From positions 188,606,001-188,670,000 of the forward strand of contig NC_086097.1 of NCBI RefSeq assembly GCF_963921235.1: a stretch of 64,000 nucleotides of DNA, given 5' to 3'. Below, one piece after another: positions 1-12,992 of the stretch. The DNA comes from Mobula hypostoma (Eukaryota). The notes beneath the pieces are model-generated. The model did not search any database. It saw only the letters and a program-made list of their open reading frames with translations, and was not told where the DNA came from. The translations under genes and the position numbers were made by a program. Within the stretch, counting starts at the first letter, position 1. Each line of letters starts with the position of its first letter.

Positions 1-59
1 ATGGATCAATATTAAAAAAGGATTATGAGGAGGACATCTTTAAAAGAAGAGTTTTTAGA

Positions 60-888
60 TGAATGCAAAACACCATCCATAAATTCACAGATGACACCAC
101 TGTTAATAAAATCTCAGATGATGTTGAGGTGGCAGAGAGGAGTGAGGTGGATCAGCTGATTGATTTACTTCTGCCACCTCGTGCTCAATATCAGCAAGAC
201 CAAGGACTTGAATATGGACGTAAGGAGAATTTGGGAAAAGCTGCACATTGAGGGGTCAGTGGTGGAAGGGAGAGCAGCTTTAAATTCTTGAGTATCAGCA
301 TCTCGGGGTATCTGTCCCGGGCACATTGCATTTACACAATCATGAAGAAGGCATGGCATCGGCTCGACTTCATTAAGGGTTTGAAGGGTCTGGTATGGCA
401 CGAAAGACTCGTGCAAATCTTTATTGACATACACTAGAGAACATTCTGACTAGTTGCCTCACAGCCTAGTATGGAGGCTCCAATGCACAGGATCACAAGA
501 GACTGCGGGGGGTGACCAGTTCCATCCCAATCACAACCTTGCCACCATTGAGGAGATTTTCAAAAAGTGATGCCTTTCATTATGGACCGTCTTTAATGAG
601 GGTTCTTTATTAATTATTAATGACCAACTCCATCCAGGACATGACGTCTAGCTCCTTGTTACTATCATTAGGGAGAATGTACAGAAGCCTAAAAGCCCCC
701 ACACAATGATTCAAGAACAACTTCTTCCCCTTCACCATCAGATTTCTGAACTGTCCATGAACCCATGAACATTACATCAATATTCCTTCTGGTTTCCCAT
801 TGCATATTTATTTTGCAGTTTATAGCACTGTATTGCTGCCGCAAAACAGCATATTTTACATTCATATTAAAATTAATAAACCTGATTG
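60..888 (+). mobile_element. Degenerate 3' part of a Rex1/Babar-like LINE
   Basis: KF(T)DDTT RT motif at ~80, decayed RT thumb, 3' end 'aataaacctgatt' shared with copies at ~25240 and ~61730. Confidence 0.5.
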
Positions 889-2432
889 AGGAGCCCTGAC
901 ATTTCTTCTGCTTTATCTTAATTAATCTATAACTTTAATTCTCTTTATTATGTACACAGAAGTAATTATATTCTTAGCTAATGTTGCTAAAATTCTTTGG
1001 TCTCATAGTTGTGGTGAGAGGAGTATTGTATCATTTGGAAATGCTGGTAATATTGTAGCAATTTCATTTTTTTAAACTTCCTTGTTTTATATAACTAATT
1101 AATCAGAATAAATTGAACTAACATACTTAGAAATTAGAGTTTTAGATAATATGCTGAATCTGCGCAAACTTTTAGAAAGGAGAATGTGATGGCACTTTGT
1201 AATGACATTTATGTCTTGATCCTCTGATATAATAATGCCAAGGAATTTAAAGGTACTGACGACCCTGATGTTTGTCATCTTCCAAGTTTCTTAGAAGCTG
1301 CATTTGCTTGCTTATATTGATTTGCAGGAAATATAACCTCATTTATCAACAAAAGAAGAAGAGTGAAAAGAGGGACCAACAAAGTAACCCGTAAGGTGCC
1401 ATATAGATTGTTCCTATGCAAGGGCTCATGAAGTTGATGGTAACATATTAACTTAGATCAATTTTGGCCCACAGACATGAAATAAAAGATAAAGGCAAGT
1501 GTCATTTTCAATTTGACAAGCCATAATTAATGACATTTATCAGAGATCAGAGCTGTGGCTTCAGCAGTTTTTAAGTTAATTGTATTAGTGATTCAAATAA
1601 AGGGACATGATGCAAAGTATCCAACTTTGCTCTTGATGCAAAAGGAGGTGGGCACAAAAACAGAGGCAAAGCGGGTTTTAGAATTCAGGTGAGTGGACTA
1701 AAAGATCATTGCGGTATAATAAAGGGAGATGTAAGTTTGTATGTGTATGTAGGTACAACAGGTAATCAAGAGGGCAAATGTACTAATTGCCCTTATACAA
1801 AGGGATCAGTACAGCGGAGTAAAGAAGTTATGTCATAATTATATTATGAGATTCGCGCCTGGAGCATTGCATCCAGTTTTCATGTCATTATTTAAAAATA
1901 CATCCCTTGTGGATTGCAGTAAAGCTCCGCTAAATTGATTCCTGGTGTGTTAAGATTATCTAATAAGGGATGGTTGTGTAGAAAACGCCTATTTTGTTTG
2001 GAGTCAGGAAGAATGATAGGTATCTTATGCATACAGTATCCTATCTGAATGATAGGTCACTGATGCATAAAGTATCTTATCTGAAGGTAGACAGGTAATC
2101 CACTATAAAGGTGTTACCCTGCTGGAGAGCAGTCTAGAATCAAGGTGCCACTTGTTCTGAGATGAGACAGAATTTTCTTGTCAAGGGGAGTTCTGAATCT
2201 TTGGGAAGATTTCTGCACCGCAAGGCAATCAAAAGCTATAGGCGGCAGACAGGAATGGAAATTTCAATCCAAAGATCAGATCTGTTACATCCATTTTATG
2301 GTGCTACACAGGAAAATAGCATCCACCATCCAGGCAAACATGAGGAATTCTGCAGATGCTGGAAATTCAAGCAACACACATCAAAGTTGCTGGTGAATGC
2401 AGCAGGCCAGGCAGCATTTCTAGGAAGAGGTA

Positions 2433-2467
2433 CAGTCGACGTTTCGGGCCGAGACCCTTCATCAGGA
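2433..2467 (-). ncRNA. Minimal type I hammerhead ribozyme motif, core intact
   Basis: Minus strand reads UC-CUGAUGA-A-GGGU(CUCG)GCCC-GAAA-C-GUC^GACUG; palindromic ACGU in place of helix III; helix I shortened to 2 bp. Confidence 0.7.
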
Positions 2468-2471
2468 TTTC

Positions 2472-2506
2472 TCCTGACGAAGGGTCTTGGCCCGAAACAT
2501 CAACTG
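2472..2506 (+). ncRNA. Minimal hammerhead motif, CpG-decayed
   Basis: CUGACGA-A-GGGU(CUUG)GCCC-GAAA-CAUC-AACUG. Confidence 0.55.
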
Positions 2507-4155
2507 TACTACTTCCTAGAGATGCTGCCTGGCCTGCTGCATTCACCAGCAACTTTGATGTGTGTTCCACCATCCAGGCCATGCTCTTACTGCTGCCATT
2601 GGGAATGAGGTACAGGAGCCTTAGGTCCCATACCACCTGCTTCAGGAGCTGTTACTACCCTTCAACCATTAGGCTCCTGAACCAGTGTGGATAAATTCAC
2701 TCACCTAAATGCTGAACTTATTCTGCAACCTATGAACTCACTTCAATGACTCCACAACTTGTTTTCAGTTTTGTTTGTTTATTTGCTATTTGATATTATT
2801 TTTGTATTTGCACTATTTGTCTTTCAGTCTTTGTAGCTTTTCATTGATTCGATTGTATATATTCTATGTGAATGCTACATGAAAATAAGTCTCTGGGTAG
2901 TGTATGGTTACATATACCTACTTTAATAATAAGTTTATTTTAAATAGTAGTGCAAGTTTAAAGAGCCATCTGGCCTGCTATTCCTACTTCTAATATTTAT
3001 GTTTTAGTGTAATGCCACACTTTTCGCCTGTTGCTTGATCTGGCTTCTATATAACATAAATTGTGAATAATATTTGGGGATATCAGGGCATGGATTTGCA
3101 AAGTTTGTGATTTTTGTTTTGGGTTCTTTTGTAAAGAACCGTGGACATGTGTAATCGTGCCAAGTGATGTCCAATGAATATCTGTACATCACTCCTGGGA
3201 TTTTCTTTTACATTCTACAGGCAATTCCTGTAGAAGCAGTCTTTCCATGTGCCTGCATGCTTTACTTCTACAGGACTTGTCAGGAACCTCCCTGAGCAGG
3301 TCCCAAGCCATTGCTGGGAACCCAACTCAGGTAGGTTACCTTTAACTTACTTACTTGATATCACTTACTGCAGCTCACCCTCCAGCCATACACTGATTAT
3401 CAATCCATGGCCTAAACATCCAAATGCATTGATCACTTGACCCCACCTGTAATCATTAATTGTTGGCTTCCTAACCTCCACTGACACAGATGTCATTGAT
3501 TCTGTTGTGCAGTTTGCAGTTGGCAAAGGGAAGGCCTTATATCACGCAAGCCTAATTTGGCAACACCTGATAACTTGTGCCTTGGGTGATAAGTAGCATG
3601 TCCAGCAACCAAACTTCTAATTGGAGCAGTGATCCTTTAATATCAGTTGCAAATGCTGAGGAAATTCTAGGTCAGAATTTATTAATTTGGCGAGAAGGTG
3701 CAGTATTTAACCTGGTCTAACCTTCAAGTATGTGATATCTGATTGCTGAAATACAACTCATGCTTGGGCTGCTTATACTGCTTAGTAACAACAGTTTGCA
3801 AACTTAGTTTGCAAAAGTAGGTAAATAACAAACTCCAAATAATCATGAAATAATTGTTTTTCTTTTACTACTTTTTGAAATGTCAGACATTTAGTGGGTG
3901 CTTTTTAATAGATTGGTGACTTAAATATCCTGTTCATACATTATATAAACAGCAATTAGTCCACATTAGTCCAAATTATCTGTTTCTAGAACAACTGCTG
4001 GTAAATTCCTCTATATCTTAATTCTAAAAATATTTAAACTTCGTGATACCTTTCTGATTTTTTTGGGGGCAAATTAAGTAGGCATGTGTAAATTGAACAC
4101 TTAAGTAGAGCCATGTAGTTATTCAGAAAAAAAAATCTTTTCTTATCTCTTTTAG

Positions 4156-4211
4156 AAAGCCATTGAACTTAATCCCAAAGATGCAACATCAATTCATTTA
4201 ATGGGACTATG
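4156..4211 (+). CDS. RMDN1: RMDN1 (regulator of microtubule dynamics 1) internal coding exon, KAIELNPKDATSIHLMGL(W)
   Basis: tttag|AAAGCC...CTATG|gtagg; 56 bp; peptide resembles the RMDN1 C-terminal region; the TG|G Trp codon is completed by the next exon. Confidence 0.93.
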
Positions 4212-4685
4212 GTAGGAGCCAATTAACTGTGGTTCTTATTCAGAGCATCTATTTGTCTTTCTAACTTGATTAGTGATGAAAAGCAGAATTACATGTTCTC
4301 CTACATATTGTTTATGTAAAAATAAAAATTCATAACATTTTGTTTTGACTGTTGTACTAATTGTTAAATCATTTATCATGTGATTTCTTTAAGAACCTGA
4401 GAGTAAATCAACTGATTTTAGCAGCTCTGCTTTATTTGTATCTGCCTTCATCGTATTGCCAGTTTAAAATTAACACAAAATCCTTTTGAAAACTATTGAA
4501 TACCTATGGTGTGTGTATGCTCTGTAGCTAAAGTTGTGATTCTATGGTTGGTGCAGACTACTGTAAAATGAAGTTTGCATCTAATCTATATCCCTTCTTT
4601 GCTGTCCATAACATCACCAACTTTTGTGATAAGTGCCTAATCATGACACATTTGATTGATTAATTAATTAATCTTTTTTCACTAG

Positions 4686-4773
4686 GTGTTTCACATTTGC
4701 TGAAATACCCTGGATCCAACAGAAAATAGCGGCTGCATTCTTTGCCACCCCACCAAGCTCCACTTATGAAGAG
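4686..4773 (+). CDS. RMDN1: RMDN1 coding exon, (W)CFTFAEIPWIQQKIAAAFFATPPSSTYEE
   Basis: actag|G...GAG|gtaaat; 88 bp; FATPPSSTYE motif typical of RMDN1; phase-consistent. Confidence 0.95.
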
Positions 4774-5487
4774 GTAAATTGTACACAACCCCTCCTTTAG
4801 CATATCACTGAATAATATTTCTATGTTATTGAATAACAGTATTTTTGACCATCTTTTATAACTTGGTGCCTTATGATTACTACTTTTACTTCCCTGTTTT
4901 AGTCTTCATGGGCCCATCCCCAGGGCGGGCAAATTGCTACATAAATGATTACCTTTACACAAGTGATTATCTTTAGTATTTTTTTTACAGTGATAGAAGG
5001 GATTTGGGTTTCGTTAATGGGAAGGTGTTGTGATTATGATCATCTCATTCCATTCCCCATAGTGTAATTCACTGCTACTTGTCATACCTTCTGATAGATT
5101 GTTAGTGAATGTAAATATTAACCATATTACAATTACAGCACGGAAACAGGCCATCTCGGTCCTTCTAGTCCATGCCGAACTCTTACTCTCACCTAGTCCC
5201 ACCGACCTGCACTCAGCCCATAACCCTTCATTCCTTTCTTGTCGATGTATCTATCCAATTTAACTTTAAACGACAACATTGAACCTGCCTCAACCACTTC
5301 TGCTGGAAGCTCGTTCCAGACAGCTATCACTCTCTGAGTAAAGAAGTTCCATCTCATGTTACCCCTAAACTTTTACGCTTTAACTCTCAACTCATGTCCT
5401 CTTGTTTGAATTTCCCCCATTCTCAATGGAAAAAGCCGACCCATGTCAACTCTATCAATCCCCCTCATAATTTTAAACACCTCTATC

Positions 5488-8400
5488 AAGACCATAAGAC
5501 CATAAGACAAAGGAGCAGAAGTAGGCCATTTGGCCCATCGAGTCTGCTCCACCATTTTATCATGAGCTGATCCATTTTATTCTATTTAGTCCCACTGCCC
5601 CGCCTTCTCACCATAACCTTTGATGCCCTGGCTACTCAGATACCTATCAATCTCTGCCTTAAATACACCCAATGACTTGGCCTCCACTGCTGCCCGTGGC
5701 AACAAATTCCATAGATTCACCACCCTCTGACTAAAAAATTTTTTTCGCATTTCTGTTCTGAAAGGGCGCCCTTCAATCCTGAAGTCATGCCCTCTCGTAC
5801 TAGACTCCCCCATCATGGGAAACAACTTTGCCACATCCACTCTGTCCATGCCTTTTAACATTCAAAATGTTTCTATGAGGTCTCCCCTCATTCTTCTAAA
5901 CTCCAAGGAATACAGTCCAAGAGCAGACAAACGTTCCTCATATGTTAACCCTCTCATTCCCAGAATCATTCTAGTGAATCTTCTCTGTACCCTCTCCAAT
6001 GTCAGCACATCCTTTCTTAAATAAGGAGACCAAAACTGCCCACAGTACTCCAAGTGAGGTCTCACCAGCACCTTATAGAGCCTAACATCACATCCCTGCT
6101 CCTATACTCTATTCCTTTAGAAATGAATGCCAACATTGCATTCGCCTTCTTCACTACCGACTCAGCCTGGAGGTTAACTTTAAGGGAATCCTGTACGAGA
6201 ACTCCCAAGTCCCGTTGCATCTCAGAACTTTGAATTCTTTCCCCATTTAAATAATAGTCTGCCCGTTTATTTTTTCTGCCGAAGTGCATAACCATACACT
6301 TTCCAACATTGTACTTTATTTGCCACTTCTCTGCCCATTCTTCCAATCTATCCAAGTCTCTCTGCAGACTCTCCGTTTCCTCAGCACTACCGGCCTCTCC
6401 ACCTATCTTCGTATCGTCAGCAAACTTAGCCACAAAGCCATCTATTCCATAATCAAAATCGTTGATGTACAATGTAAAAAGAAGCGGCCCCAACACTGAT
6501 CCCTGCGGAACACCACTGGTAACCGGCAGCCAACCAGAATAGGATCCCTTTATTCCCACTCTCTGTTTCCTGCCAATCAGCCAACGCTCTATCCACGTAT
6601 GTAACTTTCCTGTAATTCCATGGGCTCTTATCTTGTTAAGCAGCCTCATGTGTGGCACCTTGTCAAAGGCCTTCTGAAAATCCAAATATACAACATCCAC
6701 TGCATCTCCCTTGTCTAGCCTACTGGTAATTTCCTCAAAAAATTGTAATAGGTTTGTCAGGCTGGATTTTCCTTTAAGGAATCCATGCTGAGTTCTGCCT
6801 ATCTTGTCATATGCCTCCAGGTACTCTGTAACCTCATCCTTGACAATCGACTCCAACAACTTCCCAACCACCGACGTCAAGCTAACAGGTCTATAATTTC
6901 CTTTTTGCTTCCTTTCCCCCTCCTTAAATAGCGGAGTGACATTTGCAATCTTCAAGTCTTCCAGAACCACGCCAGAATCTATTGACTTTTGAAAGATCAT
7001 CGCTAATGCCTCCGCAATCTCCACAGCTACTTCCTTCAGAACACGAGGGTGCATTCCATCTGGTCCAGGAGATTTATCGACCTTTAGCCTATTCAGCTTC
7101 CTGAGTACTTTCTCTGTCATAATTGTGACTGCGCACACTTCTCTTCCCTGCCACCCTTGAGTGTCCAGTATCCTGCTGTCTTCCTCAGTGAAGACTGATG
7201 CAAAATACTTGTTCAGTTCCTCTGCCATCTCCTCATCTCCCATTACAATTTCTCCAGTATCATTTTCTATTGGTCCTATATCTACTGTCACCTGTCTTTT
7301 ACTCTTTATATACTTGAAAAAGCTTTTAGTATCCTCTTTGATATTATTTGCTAGTTTCCTTTCATAGTTAATCTTTTCTCTCTTAATGACCTTCTTGGTT
7401 TCCTTTTGTAAGGTTTTAAAAACTTCCCAATCCTCTGTCTTCCCACTAATTTTTGCTTCCTTGTGTGCCCTCTCCTTAGCTTTAACTTTGGCTTTGACTT
7501 CTCTTGTCAACCACAGTTGCATCCGTTTTCCACTCGAAAATTTCTTCTTTTTTGGAATATACCTGTCTTGCACATTCCTCATTTCTTGCATAAACTCCAG
7601 CCACTGCTGCTCTGCTGTCTTTCCGGCCAGAGTCTCTTTCCAGTCAACTTTGGCCAGTTCCTCTCTCGTGCCACTGTAGTTTCCTTTACTCCACTGAAAC
7701 ACCGACACATCAGATTTTGGCTTCTCTTTTTCAAATTTCACAGTGAACTCAATCATGTTATGATCACTGCCTCCTAAGGGTTCCTTCACCTCAATCTCTC
7801 CAATCACCTCCGGTTAATTACACAATACCCAATCCAAGTGGGCTCAACAACAAGCTGTTCTAAAAAGCCATCTCGCAGACATTCTATAAATTCTCTCTCT
7901 TGAGATCCAGTGCCGACCTGATTTTTCCAGTCTACTCGCATGTTAAAATCCCCCACAATTATCATAACACTGCCCTTCTGACAAGCCTTTTCTATTTCTG
8001 GTTGTAATTTGTAGTCCACATCACTGCAGCTGTTTGGAGGCCTATAAATAACTGCCATCAGGGTCCTTTTACCCCTGCTATTCCTTAGCTCAACCCATAA
8101 AGATTCTGCACCTTCTGATCCTATATCACCTCTTTCCAATGATTTAATATCATTTCTTACCAATTTCTTACCACGCCTCCCCCTCTGCCTACCTTCCTAT
8201 CCTTCCGATACACCGTGTATCCTTGGACGTTCAGCTCCCAGAGACATGCATCCTTTAGCCAGGTCTCAGTGATGGCCACAATATCATACCTGCCAATCTG
8301 TAGCTGTATAACAAGATCATCCACCTTATTTCTTATGCTGCGTGCATTTAAGTACAACAGCTTAAGACCAGTATTTGATACTTTTTGCTTTGATTTCACT

Positions 8401-8940
8401 GCAACTTTATTGCACTGCAACTCATCCCAATGGCTACACATTTGCCCCATCACCTGCCTGTCTTTCCTGACATCTTTACTGCTCACTATCTTAGATTTAT
8501 TTCTGTTTTCCCCTTCCTCCGCACTATCATTCCGGTTCCCATCCCCCTGCCAAATTAGTTTAAACCCTCCCTAACAGCTCTATTAAACTTTCCCGTCAGG
8601 ATATTGGTCCCCTTCGGGTTCAGGTGTAACCTGTACTTTTTGAACAGGTCATACTTCCCCCAGAAGAGATCCCAATTATCCAAGAATCTGAAGCCCTGCC
8701 CCCTACACCAGTCTCTCAGCCAGGCATTCATCTGCCTGATCCGACTACTCTTGCCCTCGCTAGCACGTGGCACAGGTAGCAATCCGGAGATTACTGCCCT
8801 GGAGGTCCTGCTTCTCAGCTTCCTTCCTAACTCCTGGAAATCTCTCTTCAGGGCCTCCTCCTTTGTCCTATCTATATCATTGGTACCAACATGTACCAAG
8901 ACAACTGGCTGCTCACTCTCCCCCTTTAGAATATTCAGGA
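5488..8940 (-). mobile_element. Young 5'-truncated CR1 LINE: ORF1 SGNH-esterase C-terminus, ORF2 APE endonuclease + RT (frameshifted), (TATGGTCT)n tail
   Basis: ORF 8555..8899 VHVGTNDI; ORF2 pieces LYLNARS, GDFN, SDH, YLDFQKAFDKVPH, GVPQGSVLGP, FADD; octamer tail at 5488-5508. Confidence 0.95.
8558..8564 (-). promoter_or_regulatory. Candidate -1 ribosomal frameshift heptamer U_UUA_AAC at the CR1 ORF1/ORF2 junction
   Basis: GGT TTA AAC TAA ends ORF1; the -1 frame is open into the endonuclease. Confidence 0.55.
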
Positions 8941-10270
8941 CTCCCTCAACCTTCTACGCTACAAAGAATAAACACCTAACTTGTTCAACCTTTCTCTGTA
9001 ACTTAGGAGATGAAACCCGGGCAACATTTTAGTAAATCTCCTCTGTACTCTCTCAATTTTATTGACATCTTTCCTATAATTCGGTGACCAGAATTGTACA
9101 AAAAACTCCAAATTTGGCCTTACCAATGCCTTATACAATTTCAACATTACATCCCAACTTCTATACTCAATGCTCTGATTAATAAAGGCCAGCATGCCAA
9201 AAGCTTTCTTCACGAGCCTATCCATGTGAGATTCCACCTTCAGGGGACTATGTACCATTATTCCTAGATCCCTCTGTTCTACAGCCTTCTTCAATGCCCA
9301 CCATTTACCATGTATGTCCTATTTTGATTAGTCCTACCAAAATGTAGCACCTCACAATGTATTGGTCACAGACAGGAAAACAATCAGAAAGCTACCCTTC
9401 TGCTCCTTTAGCCACTCGAATTAAGATGACCCCATCATAATTCCATTCCATCCACCACTACATGAATGTTCTATCCACAGATAATTTTTCAGTAGATATG
9501 CACAAAATAAATTGTAGTAGGAATATGCCATATGGCTTCTTGAGCCCACTGTATATTTAGTAAAATTATGTCTCATCTTGATTTTGGCATCAGTTCCACT
9601 TTCCTATCTGTTTTCCATACCCTTTGGTCCCTCATTATCCAAACTAATTATTCTGGTGTTACATGAATTCAATGATAGATGTGTTGGCCTGAAGGTCCTG
9701 TTACCATGCTGTGACAGCAACGCAGATCACTCAGTGGAAAATTCCAAATGTTCACAACTTTCTAAGAAATGTATTATCTTCATCTTAGTTTAAGAGAAAA
9801 TGCTCATTTATGTCCCTAGCTCTGTATCTACCTTGTCAGTACCCTGAGAAGTTCGTGTGTTTCAAATATTGTATGTTGATATATACCATTATATACTGAT
9901 ATTACAGTATAACATTCTTACAAATTGCTTAACCTTTCCTCTTAAAACAACCCCTTGCAAAAATGCCATCCCCTTCTCGCAATTCCTCCGTCTCCGCTGC
10001 ATCTGCTCTCAGGATGAGGCTTTTCATTCCAGGACGAGGGAGATGTCCTTCTTTTTTAAAGAAAGGGGCTTCCCTTCCTCCACCATCAACTCTGCTCTCA
10101 AACGCATCTTTCCCATTTCATGCACATCTGCTCTCACCCCATCCTCCCGCCACCCCACTAGGGATAGGGTTTCCCTTGTCCTCACCTACCACCCCACCAG
10201 ACTCTGGGTCCAACATATAATTCTCCGTAACTTCCACCACCTCCAACGGGATCCCACCACCAAGCACATC

Positions 10271-11838
10271 TTGAGGGTTGATAAATCCCCAGGGCCTGAT
10301 GGTCTGCATCCCAGGGTACTTAAAGGAGGTGGCTCTAGAAATTGTGGACACTTTGGTAATCATTTTTCAATGTTCTATAGATTCAGGATCAGTTCCTGCA
10401 GATTGGAGGGTAGCTAATGTTATCCCACTTTTTAGGAAAGGGAGAAAGAAAACAGGCAATTATAGACCAGTTAGTCTGACATCAGTGATGGGGAAGATGC
10501 TGGAATCAATTATAAAAGATGTAATAGCGGCATATTTGGATAGCAGTGGCAGGATAGGTCCAAGTCAGCATAGATTTACAAAGGGGAAATCATGCTTGAC
10601 AAATCTTCTGGAATTTTTTTGAGAATGAAACTATGAAAATGGACATGGGAAAGCCAGTGGATGTAGTGTATCTGGACTTTCAGAAAGCCTTTGATAAGGT
10701 CCCACATAGGAGGCTAGTGTGCAAAATTGGAGCAAATGGTATTGGGGGTAGGGTATTGACATGGATAGAAAATTGGTTGGCAGACAGGAAACAAAGATTA
10801 GGGATTAATGGGTCCTTTTCAGAATGGCAGGCAGTGACTAGTGGGGTACCGCAAGGCTCGGTGCTGGGACCGCAGCTATTTACAATATACATTAATGATT
10901 TAGATGAAGGGATTAAAAGTAACATTAGTAAATTTGCAGATGACACAAAGCTGGGTGGCAGTGTGAAAAGTGAGGAGGATGTTATGAGAATGCAGGGTGA
11001 CTTGGACAGGTTGGGTGAGTGGCAGATGCAGTTTAATGTGGATAAACGTGAGGTTATCCACTTTGGTGGTAAGAACAGGAAGGCAGATTATTATCTAAAT
11101 GGAGTCAAGTTAGGAAAAGGGGAAGTACAACGAGATCTAGGAGCCCTTGTTCATCAGTCACTGAAAGTAAGCATGCATGTACAGCAGGCAGTGAAGAAAG
11201 CTAATGGCATGCTGGCCTTCATAACTAGGGGAATTGAGTATAGGAGCAAAGAGGTCCTTCTGCAGTTGTACTGATGAGACCACACCTGGAGTATTGTGTG
11301 CAGTTTTGGTCTCCAAATTTGAGGAAGGACATTCTTGCTATTGAGGGAGTGCAGCGCAGGTTCATGAGGTTAATTCCCAGGATGGCGGGACTGTCATATG
11401 TTGAAAGATTGGAGCGACTGGGGTTGTATACACTGGAATTTAGAAGGATGAGAGGGGATCTGATTGAAACATATAAAATTATTAAGGGATTGGACACGCT
11501 AGAGGCAGGAAACATGTTCTCAGTGTTGGGGGCAGTCCAGAACCAGAGGCCACAGTTTAAGAATAAGGGGAAGACAATTTAGAACGGAGTTGAGGAAAAA
11601 CTTTTTCACACAGAGGGTTGTGGTTCTGTGGAATGCTCTGCCTCAGAAGGCAGTGGAAGCCAATTCTCTGGATTCTTTCAAGAAAAGAGTTAGATAGAGC
11701 TCTTAAAGATAGTGGAGTGAAGGGATTTGGGGAGAAGGCAGGAAAAGGGAACTGATTGTGGATGATGAGCCATGATCACAGTGAATGGTGGTGCTGGCTC
11801 GAAGGGCTGAATGGACTACTCCTGCACCTATTGTCTAT
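10271..11838 (+). mobile_element. 5'-truncated CR1 LINE nested in the Penelope element
   Basis: RT ORFs 10278..10622, 10633..11274 and 11274..11582; CR1 3' end gactactcctgcacctattgtctatt. Confidence 0.92.
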
Positions 11839-12644
11839 TTTTCCCTCCTCCCACCTTTCTGCTTTCCACAGGGATCGCTCCCTACGCGACTCCCTTGTCC
11901 ATTCGTCCCCCCCATCACTTCCCACCGATCTCTCTCTGGGCACTTATCCTTGTAAGCGGAACAAGTGCTACACATACCCTTACACTTCCTCCCTCACCAC
12001 CATTCAGGGCCCCAGACAGTCCTTCCAGGTGAGGCAACACTTCATCTGTGAGTCGGCTGGGGTGATATACTGCGTCCGGTGCTCCCGATACAGCCCTCTA
12101 TATATTGGCGAGACCCAATGCAGACTGGGAGACCGTTTCGCTGAACACCTATGCCAGAGAAAGCAGGATCTCCCAGTGGCCACACCTTTAATTCCACGTC
12201 CCATTCCCATTCTGATACATCCATCCATAGCCTCCTGTACTGTCAAGATGAAGCCACACTCTGGTTGGAGGAACAACACCTTGTATTCCATCTGGGTAGC
12301 CTCCAACCTGATGGCATGAACAATGACTTCTCTTCCGTTAATGCCCCTCCTTGCCTTCTTACCCCATCCCTTATTTATTTATTTAGGTTTTTTCCCCCTT
12401 TCTTTCTCTCTTTCCTCCCCCTGTCCCTCTCAATATATCTTCCTCTGATGCTCCCCTCCCCTTTCTTTCTCCCAAGGCCTCCTGTTCCATGATCCTCTCC
12501 CTTCTCCAGCCTTGTATCTTCTTGCCAATCAACTTTCCAGCTCTTGGCTCCATCCCTCCCCCTCCTGTCTTCTCCTATCATTTCGGATCTTCCCCTTCCC
12601 CTCCCCCTCCCACTTTCAAACCTCTTACTATCTCTTCTTTCAGT

Positions 12645-12682
12645 TAGTCCTGATGAAGGGTCTCAGCCCGAAACATCGACTG
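12645..12682 (+). ncRNA. Minimal hammerhead motif in the Penelope terminal repeat
   Basis: UAGUC-CUGAUGA-A-GGGU(CUCA)GCCC-GAAA-CAUC-GACUG; 5-bp helix I UAGUC/GACUG; ACGU changed to ACAU. Confidence 0.65.
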
Positions 12683-12780
12683 TACCTCTTCCTATAGATG
12701 CTGCCTGGCCTGCTGTGTTTGTGGATGAAGAATCTTGACAATCAAAGGAATCAATGGAAAGCTGATAATCAATGATTAGA

Positions 12781-12992
12781 TGAGAAAATTTGCAGCTGCT
12801 GAAAATCCAAGTAACACACAGCATGCTGGAGGAACTCAGCAAGCCAAGCAGCATCTATGGAAAAGAGTACCATTGACATTTTGGGCTGAGACCCTACATT
12901 AGGACGGTCTCGGCCCAAAACATTAACTATTGACTCTTTTCCATAGATGCTGCTTGGCCTGCTGAGTTCCTCCAAGATTTTGTGTGTATTGC
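12781..12992. mobile_element. Older subfamily of the Penelope-derived fold-back element, hammerhead cores decayed
   Basis: Imperfect inverted arms; TSD tcaatga(t/g)taga at 12769-12780 and 12993-13004. Confidence 0.75.

Larger units (their letters stand above)
2336..2565. mobile_element. Non-autonomous fold-back element derived from the Penelope terminal repeat, with two opposed hammerhead motifs
   Basis: 95-bp inverted arms 2373-2467/2472-2566; perfect 14-bp TSD tccaccatccaggc at 2322-2335 and 2566-2579; arms match the 3' ends of the Penelope copies in this window. Confidence 0.85.
5131..9357 (-). mobile_element. Older CR1 LINE 3' fragment (5131-5487 and 8941-9357) split by a younger CR1
   Basis: ORFs 5373..5555 and 8959..9294 carry adjacent CR1 RT C-terminal segments; the sequence joins across the insertion (ctctatcaag|ctccctcaacc). 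Confidence 0.8.
9952..12718 (+). mobile_element. Penelope-like element 3' half (RT thumb, GIY-YIG endonuclease, terminal repeat), interrupted by CR1
   Basis: CKNAIPFSQFLRLR and GVIYCVRC...LYIGET motifs; collinear with the copy at 27486-29359; joins across 10270/11839. Confidence 0.9.

Noticed and set aside
2162..2694. Overlapping ORFs on both strands with near-identical peptides (HTSKLLVNAAGQAA...)
   Set aside because: Artefact of the inverted repeat; no splice or protein-family support
6284..9032. Plus-strand ORFs opposite CR1 (also 45965-49187), similar in both copies
   Set aside because: Antisense shadows of CR1 ORFs; the similarity reflects recent duplication
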